Of a stretch of DNA of 64,000 bases, positions 19,266-29,256 are shown in pieces. Origin of the DNA: Bacteroidales bacterium UBA4360. GTDB taxonomy: Bacteria > Bacteroidota > Bacteroidia > Bacteroidales > UBA932. Made by a program: the position numbers and the translations under genes. Each line of letters opens with the position of its first letter. Position 1 is the stretch's first letter. The notes under the pieces are model-generated. The model was not told the origin of the DNA, ran no database searches, and saw only the letters and a program-made list of their open reading frames with translations. The stretch covers positions 38,517 to 102,516 of the forward strand of contig DGSO01000020.1 of the NCBI GenBank assembly GCA_002393945.1, given 5' to 3'.

Positions 19266-19871
19266 ATGGACAAACTCCAGGAACTTACAGAGAAACTCTA
19301 TAACGAGGGACTTGCAAAGGGTAAAGAAGAGGGAGAGGCTCTCCTTCAGAAGGCTCGCGAAGAAGCCGCCCAGATAGTGAAAAAGGCCCAGGAAGAAGCA
19401 GAGGCCATTATTGCAGGGGCAAAGAAAGACGCCGAAAACTACCGCATCAAGGTGGAAGGAGATGTACGCATGGCATCTCAGAGCGCACTTCTCACCACCC
19501 GTAACGCCATCGAGAACCTTCTGGTTGCAGAAGCCACCGAAAAGGGTGTTGCCGGAGCCCTCTCTGAGGAAGAATACCTCAAGGGAATCATCTCTGCAGT
19601 GGCAAAGAATTTCTCTGCCCAGGAACCTGCAGACCTCGCCCTCGTTCTTCCGGAAAACCTAAAGGCCGGCCTCGAGCCCTATGTCAAGAACGAGCTTGCA
19701 AAGGCCGTAGGCAAGGGCGTGGAAGCCACTTTCTCCAAGAAAATCGGCGCTGGATTCAAGATCGGCCCCAAGGACGGCAGTTACTTCATCAGCCTTACCG
19801 ATGAGAGTTTCAAGACGCTCATCGGCGAATATCTCAGGCCTGCCACAAGGAAAATCCTCTTCGGTGAATGA
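19266..19871 (+). CDS. ntpE: V-type ATPase subunit E
   Basis: Coiled-coil N-terminus, AGFKIG motif, first gene of the operon. Confidence 0.85.
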   Translation: MDKLQELTEKLYNEGLAKGKEEGEALLQKAREEAAQIVKKAQEEAEAIIAGAKKDAENYRIKVEGDVRMASQSALLTTRNAIENLLVAEATEKGVAGALSEEEYLKGIISAVAKNFSAQEPADLALVLPENLKAGLEPYVKNELAKAVGKGVEATFSKKIGAGFKIGPKDGSYFISLTDESFKTLIGEYLRPATRKILFGE

Positions 19872-20512
19872 GTAATTTCGAGTATATAGTCTCCGGCCTT
19901 CCGGTCCTGACGTCGGATTACAAGTACGCCGCCGGTGAAAGCTTCAAAGAGACAGTGGAAGAAATCCGCAGCCTTCTTTCCGACAAGGATGCGGCCACGC
20001 TTGATTTCCTCCTGAAGGGGTTCGATGCCGACAGCCTCAATGAAGATTTCTACGCATCCGCACTTTCCCATCCGGATGCCTTCATTCGGGATTACTTCCG
20101 CTTCGACCTCAATCTCCGCAATGCCAAGGTACGTTACCTTAACCGCCAGATTGGCCGCCCGGAGAACTTGGACGTCATCACCGGAATGGGTTCGGAGGAT
20201 GACCTCAGCGTGGATATCGACGGATACCGCTTCAACCCCGGAGAATTCGCGGAAGCGGACAAAGTGGAATCAGTCCTGTCGCTTACAGACCTCCTTGCAC
20301 GTGAAAAGGGTCTGGATGACGTCTGCTGGGAAAAACTGGATGCACTGCAGGTATTCCACTATTTCGACCTCACGTCCGTCCTCTGTTTTGTGGCCAAGCT
20401 CCACATAGTGGACAGATGGCTCTCCCTTGACCACGAAAAGGGCAAGCAGCTGTTCCGCCGCCTTACAGACGAGGTGCGCGGAACCTTCAAAGGTGTAAAT
20501 TATACAGAGTAA
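19868..20512 (+). CDS. DUF2764 family protein (probable V-ATPase subunit C equivalent)
   Basis: Y..SGLP N-terminus, position between E and A. Confidence 0.75.
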   Translation: MSNFEYIVSGLPVLTSDYKYAAGESFKETVEEIRSLLSDKDAATLDFLLKGFDADSLNEDFYASALSHPDAFIRDYFRFDLNLRNAKVRYLNRQIGRPENLDVITGMGSEDDLSVDIDGYRFNPGEFAEADKVESVLSLTDLLAREKGLDDVCWEKLDALQVFHYFDLTSVLCFVAKLHIVDRWLSLDHEKGKQLFRRLTDEVRGTFKGVNYTE

Positions 20513-20516
20513 ATAT

Positions 20517-22259
20517 ATGAAAACTAAAGGAACAGTAACCGGTATCGTTTCCAACCTTGTCACCGTAGAGGTTGACGGTCCTGTGGCAGAAAACGAAATC
20601 TGCTACATCGACCTTCAAGGCGTGAAAATGATGGCCGAAGTTATCAAGGTAAACGGCAAGTACGCCTCCGTGCAGGTGTTCGAAAGCACCCGAGGCCTCC
20701 GCTGCGGAGATGCCGTGGAATTCGAGGGCAGGATGCTCGAGGCCACTCTTGGCCCGGGCCTTCTCTCCAGCGTCTATGACGGCCTTCAGAACAACCTTGC
20801 AACCATGGAGGAAGTGTTCCTCCAGAGAGGTGAATATACAGACCCCCTGGACCATGAGAAGCTTTGGGACTTCACTCCCATCGCAAAAGCCGGAGACAAG
20901 GTAATTGCCGCCGACTGGCTTGCCGAGGTAAAGGAAGGCTGGCTGCCCCACAAAATCATGGTGCCCTTCTCCTTCAAGGGAGAATTCACCGTAAAGAGTG
21001 TCAAGGAAGCCGGACAGTACAATATCGACACGGTAATCGCAGTCCTCGTCAATGATGAAGGCGAAGAAGTCCCGGTGACGATGACGCAGAAGTGGCCGGT
21101 GAAGGTTGCGGTTAAGAATTACCGCGAAAAACCCCGCCCGGAGCGCATCATGGAGACCGGCGTCCGCGTAATCGACACTCTGAACCCTATCGCTGAGGGC
21201 GGCACAGGCTTTATCCCCGGGCCTTTCGGCTGCGGAAAGACCGTTCTCCAGCATGCAATCGCAAAGCAGGGAGATGCCGACGTCATCGTCATGGCCGCCT
21301 GCGGTGAGCGTGCAAACGAGGTTGTGGAAATCTTCACGGAATTCCCCGAACTCATCGACCCTCATACCGGCCGTCACCTGATGGAGCGTACCACCATCAT
21401 CTGCAACACCTCGAACATGCCTGTAGCAGCGCGTGAGGCATCGGTTTACACCGCCATGACCATCTGCGAATACTACCGCGCAATGGGCCTCAAGTGCCTC
21501 CTCCTTGCCGACTCTACTTCCCGCTGGGCACAGGCCCTCCGCGAAATGAGCAACCGAATGGAAGAGCTCCCCGGTGCAGATGCTTTCCCTGTAGACCTTT
21601 CCGCCATCATCTCCAACTTCTACGCCCGTGCTGGCATGGTAGTTCTCAACAACGGAGAGAGAGGCGCCATCACATTCATAGGCACGGTATCCCCTGCCGG
21701 CGGTAACCTCAAGGAGCCGGTGACCGAATCCACAAAGAAGGCAGCCCGCTGCTTCTACGCCCTGGAACAGAGCCGTGCAGACCAGAAGCGCTACCCCGCC
21801 GTGGGCCCTCTGGAGTCCTATTCGAAGTATCTCGAGTATCCGGAAATCATCGAATACCTGGACGATACCATTGAAAAGGGCTGGGTAGAAAAGGTTATGA
21901 AGGCAAAGAACATAATCCGCCGTGGAAAGGAATCTGCCGAACAGATCAACATCCTCGGAGACGACGGTGTTCCAATGAGCTACCATATCAGTTTCTGGAA
22001 GTCGGAGCTTCTGGACTTCGTAATCCTCCAGCAGGATGCATTCGACTCAATCGACGCCCTCTGCCCTCTTGAGAGGCAGAAGTTCATGCTCGACCTGGTT
22101 CTTGGAATCTGCGACAAAGACTTCGAATTCGAAGACTTCGAGGCCTGCCGCAATTTCTTCAAGAACCTCATCAACGAACTCCGCCAGATGAACTACTCTC
22201 CTTACGAGAGTGAGCAGTTCTATGCCTACAACGAATCCGTCAACAAAATGATCGCATAG
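20517..22259 (+). CDS. ntpA: V-type ATPase subunit A
   Basis: GPFGCGKT Walker A, CGERANE, DSTSRWAQALRE; 580 aa, no intein. Confidence 0.96.
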   Translation: MKTKGTVTGIVSNLVTVEVDGPVAENEICYIDLQGVKMMAEVIKVNGKYASVQVFESTRGLRCGDAVEFEGRMLEATLGPGLLSSVYDGLQNNLATMEEVFLQRGEYTDPLDHEKLWDFTPIAKAGDKVIAADWLAEVKEGWLPHKIMVPFSFKGEFTVKSVKEAGQYNIDTVIAVLVNDEGEEVPVTMTQKWPVKVAVKNYREKPRPERIMETGVRVIDTLNPIAEGGTGFIPGPFGCGKTVLQHAIAKQGDADVIVMAACGERANEVVEIFTEFPELIDPHTGRHLMERTTIICNTSNMPVAAREASVYTAMTICEYYRAMGLKCLLLADSTSRWAQALREMSNRMEELPGADAFPVDLSAIISNFYARAGMVVLNNGERGAITFIGTVSPAGGNLKEPVTESTKKAARCFYALEQSRADQKRYPAVGPLESYSKYLEYPEIIEYLDDTIEKGWVEKVMKAKNIIRRGKESAEQINILGDDGVPMSYHISFWKSELLDFVILQQDAFDSIDALCPLERQKFMLDLVLGICDKDFEFEDFEACRNFFKNLINELRQMNYSPYESEQFYAYNESVNKMIA

Positions 22260-22263
22260 CACT

Positions 22264-23583
22264 ATGGCAAACAAAGCATACCAAAAGATATATACAAAAC
22301 TGGACGGAATCACCAAAGCGACGGTTTCCCTTCGCGCAAAGGGTGTATCCAACGATGAACTTGCCGTAGTAGGCGGAAAGCTCGCACAGGTGGTGCGCAC
22401 AAAAGGAGATGTTGTAACCCTGCAGGTATTCTCCGGCACCGAAGGCATCCCCACTAATGCAGAAGTTGCCTTCCTCGGAGAGCCCCCCACCCTGAAAGTG
22501 AGCGAGCAGCTCGCAGGCCGTTTCTTCGACGCCTACGGCCACCCTATCGACGGCGGCCCCGAAATCGAAGGAGAAGAGCGCCAGATCGGCGGTCCTTCAG
22601 TGAACCCTTACAAGAGGCGCCAGCCTTCAGAGCTCATCCCTACCGGCATCGCAGGCATCGACCTTAACAACACCCTGGTCTCCGGCCAGAAGATTCCCTT
22701 CTTCGCAGACCCCGACCAGCCCTACAACCAGGTCATGGCCGATGTAGCCCTCCGCGCCGACGTTGACAAGATCATCCTCGGCGGCATGGGCCTCACGAAC
22801 GACGACTACCTGATGTTCCGCCACAGCTTCGAAAGCGCCGGCGCCCTTCAGAAGATCATCTCCTTCGTGAATACCACGGAGAATCCCCCGGTAGAGCGCC
22901 TTCTCGTCCCTGACATGGCCCTCACCGCCGCGGAATACTTTGCAGTGGACAGGAATGAAAAGGTGCTCGTGCTCCTCACGGACATGACCCTCTATGCCGA
23001 TGCCCTCTCCATCGTCTCCAACCGTATGGACCAGATCCCTTCCAAGGACTCCATGCCCGGCTCCCTGTATTCCGACCTCGCAAAAATCTACGAAAAGGCC
23101 GTACAGCTGCCCACAGGCGGTTCCATCACCATCATAGCCGTTACAACCCTGAACGACGGTGACATCACCCACGCAATTCCGGACAACACCGGCTACATTA
23201 CCGAAGGCCAGCTCTTCCTTCGTGCCGATTCCGATACCGGCAAGGTGATCATCGACCCGTTCCGCAGCCTCTCCCGTCTGAAACAGCTGGTCCAGGGCAA
23301 GAAGACCCGCGAAGACCACTCCCAGGTCATGAATGCATCCGTGCGTCTTTATGCCGATGCCCAGAATGCAAAGACCAAGCTGGAGAACGGCTTCGACCTG
23401 TCAGACTACGACCACCGCTGCCTCGATTATGCAAAGGACTATGCACGCGACCTTCTGGCTATTGACGTAAACATCACCATTACGGAGATGCTCGACAGGG
23501 CCTGGAAGCTCTTCGGCAAGTATTTTACTCCTGCCGAAACCGGCATCAAGCAGGCACTTATTGACAAGTATTGGGTAAAATAG
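22264..23583 (+). CDS. ntpB: V-type ATPase subunit B
   Basis: SGQKIPFF, PDNTGYITEGQ, PFRSLSRL. Confidence 0.96.
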   Translation: MANKAYQKIYTKLDGITKATVSLRAKGVSNDELAVVGGKLAQVVRTKGDVVTLQVFSGTEGIPTNAEVAFLGEPPTLKVSEQLAGRFFDAYGHPIDGGPEIEGEERQIGGPSVNPYKRRQPSELIPTGIAGIDLNNTLVSGQKIPFFADPDQPYNQVMADVALRADVDKIILGGMGLTNDDYLMFRHSFESAGALQKIISFVNTTENPPVERLLVPDMALTAAEYFAVDRNEKVLVLLTDMTLYADALSIVSNRMDQIPSKDSMPGSLYSDLAKIYEKAVQLPTGGSITIIAVTTLNDGDITHAIPDNTGYITEGQLFLRADSDTGKVIIDPFRSLSRLKQLVQGKKTREDHSQVMNASVRLYADAQNAKTKLENGFDLSDYDHRCLDYAKDYARDLLAIDVNITITEMLDRAWKLFGKYFTPAETGIKQALIDKYWVK

Positions 23584-23585
23584 TG

Positions 23586-23637
23586 TTTGTCATTTCGAGC
23601 AATCCCTTTGTCATTTCGAGCAAAGTCGAGAAATCTC
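23586..23637. repeat. Tandem 17-bp direct repeat with an imperfect hairpin (REP-like)
   Basis: TTTGTCATTTCGAGCAA at 23586-23602 and 23607-23623; the second copy continues AGTCGAGAAATCTC, forming an imperfect stem. Confidence 0.75.
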
Positions 23638-23645
23638 AACATTGA

Positions 23646-24254
23646 ATGGCTATAAAATTTCAATATAACAAAACATCCCTGACGGAGCTTGGCAAGCAGC
23701 TGAAAGTCCGGCAGAGGGCTCTCCCTACCCTTCAGAACAAGGAAAGCGCCCTCCGCCTGGAAGTCCGTAAAGCCAAGGCGGACAGTGAACGTCTGCTGAC
23801 CGAACTGGAAGCCGCCCTTGCAAGTTACGACTACCTTGCAGCCCTCTGGAATGAATTCGAACCCGGTCTTATAGCAATCACGGACGTTGATCTGTACACC
23901 AAGAAAGTTGCGGGGGTCAAAACTCCTGCACTCGGCGAGATCCATTACGAGATACGTCCTTTCAATGCCTTCACCAAGCCCGCCTGGTATGCCGACGGAA
24001 TCGCCATCCTCAAGGAGTTGTCGCGCCTTGGAATAGAGTCCGAAGTATATAAGGAAAAGGCACGGATACTTGACTGGCAGCGAAAGAAGACCACCCAGAA
24101 GGTAAACCTGTATGAAAAGGTTCAGATTCCGGGCTACCAGGAGGCTATCCGCAAAATCAAACGATATATGGAAGACGAGGAGAACCTGTCCAAAGCTTCT
24201 TCCAAGATAGTCAAGAACCGTCACCAAGAGGAGGAGGAGGCCTCAGAGCTATGA
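23646..24254 (+). CDS. ntpD: V-type ATPase subunit D
   Basis: LPTLQNKE, TTQKVNLYEKVQIP. Confidence 0.93.
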   Translation: MAIKFQYNKTSLTELGKQLKVRQRALPTLQNKESALRLEVRKAKADSERLLTELEAALASYDYLAALWNEFEPGLIAITDVDLYTKKVAGVKTPALGEIHYEIRPFNAFTKPAWYADGIAILKELSRLGIESEVYKEKARILDWQRKKTTQKVNLYEKVQIPGYQEAIRKIKRYMEDEENLSKASSKIVKNRHQEEEEASEL

Positions 24255-26050
24255 TAACCCCGATGACCAAATACTCCTTCATCCTTCTGAACGGACAGCA
24301 GGAAGAACTCCTTGAGAAGCTTCAGGACCTTGGTTTGATGGATATTACCCGCGGGACAAAACCCGTGGACGACACCTCACGCCAGATTGTTTCAGACATT
24401 GAGCTCGTCAGCGGACTCATCGAAGCCCTTAAAAAGGCTGAAATCCCTGAAGGCACCGTCCCCGAAAGGATAGACGGAGATATCATACGCCTTGCCGGCG
24501 GCATGATAATGCGCTACAGCGAGGACACCGACGCCATCAAGGCACTGGAGAAGGAAATCAACTCCACCAAAGTATGGGGCAAATTCGATCCTGACATCGT
24601 CGCAAAACTAAAGGATGCAGGTATCCCCCTTCACTTCCATGTAATCGGCAAAAAGCTTTTCAAGCAGGAATGGGCCGACGAATATGCACTTTCCGTCGTA
24701 GATGAGGACAAGAACAGCGTCTGGTTTGCCGTCGCCGGGGAGGACAATCTCCCTGGAGAAATTGCAGCCCCTGCCGCAGATGTCACATCAAAGGAAAAGG
24801 AGCTTGAGGAGAAGAAGAAGCATTTCGAAAAGGTGCTTGCACGCATGGCAGGTGCAAAAGAGCGCATCGGCGAGCTTGAAGCCTACAAGGCAGAAAAGCT
24901 GTCTGAACTTGACCTGCACCTCGCAACCGTTGCTGCTGCTCCCGCCGCAGAAGGCACCATCGTCACGCTTGAGGGTTACGCTCCCACGGAGAATGACGGC
25001 AAAATCACCGAAACCGTCGACTCCCTTGGCGTATTCTACCTGAAGGAAGAAGCAAAGACCGCAGACAACCCGCCTGTGAAACTCAAGAACAACTGGTTCG
25101 CCCGTCAGTTCGAGGTGCTCACAGACATGTACGGCCGTCCCGTCTACGATGAATTCGACCCTACGCCAATCCTGGGCCCCTTCTTCCTGCTGTTCTTCGC
25201 CATGTGTATGGGAGATGCCGGATACGGCATACTTCTCGTTCTCATAGGCTGGTTCCTCAAGAAGAAAGTTCCCTCCATGGCCGACATGGCACCTCTGGTG
25301 ATGATCCTGGGCGTTGGAACATTCATTGTGGGCATCGTCCTGCACACCTTCTTCGGAATTAACCTGTATGAGGCGGCATGGGTACCGTCATGGCTCAAGA
25401 AAGTCATGATAAGCGGCACTGTGGCCGGTTACGATGCACAAATGGTCCTTGCCGTAGGCGTGGGTATTTTCCACATCTGCCTGGCAATGGTCGTCAAGTG
25501 CATTTGCTACACGAAGCGTTTCGGCTTCGCAAAGACCATCAGCAGCTGGGGCTGGACCCTGCTTATTGTAGGAGCCGTAATTACAGGAGGCCTTGCGCTT
25601 CTTGGAATCATCGACATGCCCGCCGTCAAGATAATACTTATCGTCCTTGGCATAGTGTCAGGACTTGGGATATTCATTCTCAACGACCTGCACCGCAATC
25701 CCCTTCTCAACATCGGCTCCGGCCTATGGGACACCTACAATACGGCAACAGGCCTCATGGGCGACGTCCTCAGCTACCTGAGACTCTACGCCTTGGGACT
25801 TGCCGGAGGCATGCTGGGAAGCACATTCAACATGCTCGCAGGCATGACGCTTGGCATAAACATCCCAGTCGTCAACTGGCTTCTGTTTGCCTTCATCATT
25901 CTCATAGGGCATATCCTTAACCTCGCACTTTCCTGCCTTGGCGCGTTCGTGCATCCTCTGCGTCTTACTTTCGTAGAGTATTTCAAGAACAGCGGCTTCG
26001 AGGGCACGGGAAGATTCTACAGACCTTTGAATAAACAACAAACAAAATAA
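24251..26050 (+). CDS. ntpI: V-type ATPase subunit I
   Basis: PPVKLKNN, DPTP, FFAMCMGDAGYG, DVLSYLRLYALGLA, HPLRLTFVEYF. Confidence 0.95.
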   Translation: MITPMTKYSFILLNGQQEELLEKLQDLGLMDITRGTKPVDDTSRQIVSDIELVSGLIEALKKAEIPEGTVPERIDGDIIRLAGGMIMRYSEDTDAIKALEKEINSTKVWGKFDPDIVAKLKDAGIPLHFHVIGKKLFKQEWADEYALSVVDEDKNSVWFAVAGEDNLPGEIAAPAADVTSKEKELEEKKKHFEKVLARMAGAKERIGELEAYKAEKLSELDLHLATVAAAPAAEGTIVTLEGYAPTENDGKITETVDSLGVFYLKEEAKTADNPPVKLKNNWFARQFEVLTDMYGRPVYDEFDPTPILGPFFLLFFAMCMGDAGYGILLVLIGWFLKKKVPSMADMAPLVMILGVGTFIVGIVLHTFFGINLYEAAWVPSWLKKVMISGTVAGYDAQMVLAVGVGIFHICLAMVVKCICYTKRFGFAKTISSWGWTLLIVGAVITGGLALLGIIDMPAVKIILIVLGIVSGLGIFILNDLHRNPLLNIGSGLWDTYNTATGLMGDVLSYLRLYALGLAGGMLGSTFNMLAGMTLGINIPVVNWLLFAFIILIGHILNLALSCLGAFVHPLRLTFVEYFKNSGFEGTGRFYRPLNKQQTK

Positions 26051-26485
<435 letters not shown>

Positions 26486-26524
26486 CGGCGTGAAATGCAA
26501 ACGGCTGTTTATCAGCCATTTAAA

Positions 26525-26560
26525 CAAAAGGCTTTCCTCGTTTTCGGGGAAAGCCTTTTG
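26525..26560. terminator. Bidirectional intrinsic terminator (V-ATPase operon / yggS)
   Basis: CAAAAGGCTTTCCTCG-TTTT-CGGGGAAAGCCTTTTG; a second weaker hairpin lies at about 26499-26521. Confidence 0.85.
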
Positions 26561-26584
26561 CTTAATCACGTATATATCAATAAA

Positions 26585-27388
26585 TTACATTTCACGCGGT
26601 CCAAAGATATCCGTGCCGATGCGCACCATCGTGGCACTGTGCCTTACCGCCACCTGCCAGTCTGACGACATTCCTATGGACAGTTCACGTATATGCGGAT
26701 TCACAGCCTGAATCCTCTTGAACAGCCTCTCAATCCTTGCAAAATCCCTCTCCACCACATCCATGTCATCAGTATTGGTAGCCATGCCCATGATACCAAT
26801 GATATTGACGTTCGGCAAAGAGGAAGACTGTGCTTCTGAAAACCTCGGACCTTCGGTCCTCGTCCCTCCCATTGCCGTCAGGGCCTGTGTGAAAGCAAGC
26901 TTTCCCCCATTCCCTGCCGCCAACGGGCCCCTCCCACTCATGTGCCGTGGGCGGCAACAGTTTTCTGAAGCACAGTCTTCCTCTTTGCCGATCAACGAAA
27001 CAATCTCCTCTTCCGTGAATCCTTGTTTGGTTTCTTCTGCACCAAGGTGAAGTTCAAGAAGGACGTTGATGACCTTGCCATTCTGAGCACCCCAGTTATT
27101 GATCGCTTCCAGGAGATGGAAGGAATCTACGGACTGGACAAGGGAGACATAAGGGAGAACAAGTTTGAGCTTATTGGTCTGGAGATGGCCGATGAAGTGC
27201 CATTCTATGTCTGCGGGAAGCTGCGGAACCTTGGCTGCAAGCTCCTGGGGGCGGCTTTCGGCAAAAATGCGCTGGCCGGCATCATAAGCCTCCTGCAGCC
27301 TTTCTGCAGGATGGAACTTGGATACTGCAACGAGGGCCACCCCCTGGGGGATGGCCGCTCTGAGATTATTCAAGGCTTCAGCTATCAT
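26585..27388 (-). CDS. yggS: YggS/PLPBP PLP-homeostasis protein carrying an in-frame insertion
   Basis: VAVSK (PLP Lys), WHFIGHLQTNK, LSIGMSSD, VRIGTDIFG; residues 134-192 derive from a palindromic element. Confidence 0.93.
   Translation of the reverse strand: MIAEALNNLRAAIPQGVALVAVSKFHPAERLQEAYDAGQRIFAESRPQELAAKVPQLPADIEWHFIGHLQTNKLKLVLPYVSLVQSVDSFHLLEAINNWGAQNGKVINVLLELHLGAEETKQGFTEEEIVSLIGKEEDCASENCCRPRHMSGRGPLAAGNGGKLAFTQALTAMGGTRTEGPRFSEAQSSSLPNVNIIGIMGMATNTDDMDVVERDFARIERLFKRIQAVNPHIRELSIGMSSDWQVAVRHSATMVRIGTDIFGPREM
26813..26990. mobile_element. MITE-like palindromic element, 178 bp, 31-bp terminal inverted repeats, in frame within yggS
   Basis: 26813-26843 CGGCAAAGAGGAAGACTGTGCTTCTGAAAAC matches the reverse complement of 26960-26990 with 1 mismatch; internal hairpins GGACC-TTC-GGTCC and GAAAGC-AA-GCTTTC. 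Mobility is inferred. Confidence 0.8.
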
Positions 27389-29250
27389 TACTTACGTCCT
27401 TTCTGCTGCTGTTTCTGCATTTCACGCTGCATCTTCTGGGCTTCTTCAAGCCTCTGCTGCCACTTGCTCTTAGGTGCAGGCTTGTTCTCTGCAGCCTTGA
27501 GCTTGGCGATAACCTTTTCGGGCTTTACGATCCACTTGCGGATTACCCATGTCTCTACCATCGTAATGAGGTTGGACAGCAGGTAGTAGTAGCTGAGACC
27601 GGAAGAAAGGTTGTTACAGACGAAGAACATCATGACAGGCATCATGTAGAGGCTCATCGCACGCATCATCTTGGCGTTGGGATCATCTCCTGTATTCTGG
27701 CCCTGCATGGTAATCTTGCTGTAGAAGAACATGGATGCAGCCATGAGAAGGGCGAAGAGAGAGATATGGTCCATGCCCAGGATGCTGGTTCCCCAGTGAA
27801 TCACATCGTCATACGCAGAAAGGTCTTCTGCCCAGAGGAAGGGTTCCTGACGGAGCTCGATGGATGCCGGGAAGAAACGGAACATGGCCCAGAGGATAGG
27901 CAGCTGGAGGAGCATCGGGAGACAGCCTCCCATCATGTTCACTCCGGCCTTCCTGTACAGTTCCATGGTCTCCTGCTGCTTCTTCATGGCATCTTCCTGC
28001 TTGGGATACTTGGCGTTGATCTTGTCGATGTACGGCTTCAGCGCCTGCATCTGTGCCGATGAAGAATAACTCTTGTATGCGAACGGAAGCACGACAATCT
28101 TGATGAAGATCGTCATTATGAGGATGATGATGCCGAAGTTCGAAATAAAGCGGCTGAGCCAGTCGAACAGGGGTATGATCACGTATTTCGTGAATACGCC
28201 GATAATCTTACCGCCCAGAGGAATCACCTTCTCATACGCATGATCATAAGCCTTCAGGCCCTTGTAGTTGTTGGGGCCGAAGTAGAATTCGAAGTTGGCG
28301 GTACCGTCGCCTCCTGTCAGTTTAAGGTCTGCCTGCATCTGAGCGCTGCAGTTCATAAGGTCATGGCTGGGGCTGTCCTTGGGAACGAAATCGATGGCGA
28401 ACTCGCCGTAGGAGAAGTTTTCTGGAGCACGCATGATGGCGCTGAAGAACTGCTGCTGGAAAGCGAACCACTCGATATTGTTGTTGAAACGCTTGGAACC
28501 CTTGCGGCCGTTGCCGATGTTCTCGGGCTTCTTGTCGTCCGGGAAGTAATAGTTAAGGCGGGAGTACTGAGTCTCGTTCTTGTAGCCCTTTTCAAGGCGG
28601 GCGATTGTAGCTTCGAAATCCACGGAAATGCTCCTGGAGCGGCTGGGATCAAGGTTCATGCCCACGAATGAAAGAGCCTCATTCATGGAGTAGGAGTCCT
28701 TGAGGAGCGTATATTTCTGCTCGATGTAACCGCCGCCTACAGGAAGGCGCATGACCACTGTCGAATCCGAAGAGGCCTCAGGAATATACTGGAAGGTGAA
28801 CTTCCTGGTGTCGATAGCCGTAGGGGCATAAACCGTAAAACCAAGGCTGGTCTTCTCCGGCTGAAGGAGAACAAGGTCTTCCTTGCTGTAGGTTGTATAG
28901 TCCTTGACCTTTACTGAATACGGCTGTGCGCCGCGGGTAGTAAAGGTAACCTGAAGCTTTTCATTTTCCAGAGTTACCAGCTGAGACTCGGCTGCTGCAG
29001 CCTTGTTCAGAAGGGAATCGGAATAGACAGGAGCAGCTTGCGCGGACGGAACTGCAGCTTCGGCAAGTTCGGGATGTTCGGCCCTGTAGGCGCTGTCAAT
29101 AAGCCATTGTGCATGTTCTTCTGCCCGTTTTGCCGAGTCAAGCTGAGCCTGGATTGCCTGCTGTTTCTGGACCTGGCGGCTCTGGTAGCCCATGAAGCCG
29201 AACAGGATGAGTGCTATAAGTACAAATCCGATAATTGAATTCTTATCCAT
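27388..29250 (-). CDS. yidC: Membrane protein insertase
   Basis: N-terminal TM, large periplasmic domain, NFGIII, GGCLPMLLQLP, LRQEPFLWA-DLS, SGLSYYY. Confidence 0.96.
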   Translation of the reverse strand: MDKNSIIGFVLIALILFGFMGYQSRQVQKQQAIQAQLDSAKRAEEHAQWLIDSAYRAEHPELAEAAVPSAQAAPVYSDSLLNKAAAAESQLVTLENEKLQVTFTTRGAQPYSVKVKDYTTYSKEDLVLLQPEKTSLGFTVYAPTAIDTRKFTFQYIPEASSDSTVVMRLPVGGGYIEQKYTLLKDSYSMNEALSFVGMNLDPSRSRSISVDFEATIARLEKGYKNETQYSRLNYYFPDDKKPENIGNGRKGSKRFNNNIEWFAFQQQFFSAIMRAPENFSYGEFAIDFVPKDSPSHDLMNCSAQMQADLKLTGGDGTANFEFYFGPNNYKGLKAYDHAYEKVIPLGGKIIGVFTKYVIIPLFDWLSRFISNFGIIILIMTIFIKIVVLPFAYKSYSSSAQMQALKPYIDKINAKYPKQEDAMKKQQETMELYRKAGVNMMGGCLPMLLQLPILWAMFRFFPASIELRQEPFLWAEDLSAYDDVIHWGTSILGMDHISLFALLMAASMFFYSKITMQGQNTGDDPNAKMMRAMSLYMMPVMMFFVCNNLSSGLSYYYLLSNLITMVETWVIRKWIVKPEKVIAKLKAAENKPAPKSKWQQRLEEAQKMQREMQKQQQKGRK

Positions 29251-29256
29251 CTTCTC

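Noticed and set aside
20487-21986. Long antisense ORFs (499 aa here; also 13012-14178, 38068-39141, 62898-63899)
   Set aside because: They shadow well-conserved genes on the opposite strand, have no recognisable motifs, and are expected from the codon bias of GC-rich genes.
23586-23637. Possible mini-CRISPR
   Set aside because: Only two 17-bp copies with a 4-nt spacer, and no cas genes.
23439-24227. Minus-strand 262-aa ORF containing RFLDFARND twice in part
   Set aside because: It is the translation of the REP-like repeat plus antisense ntpD, not a gene.
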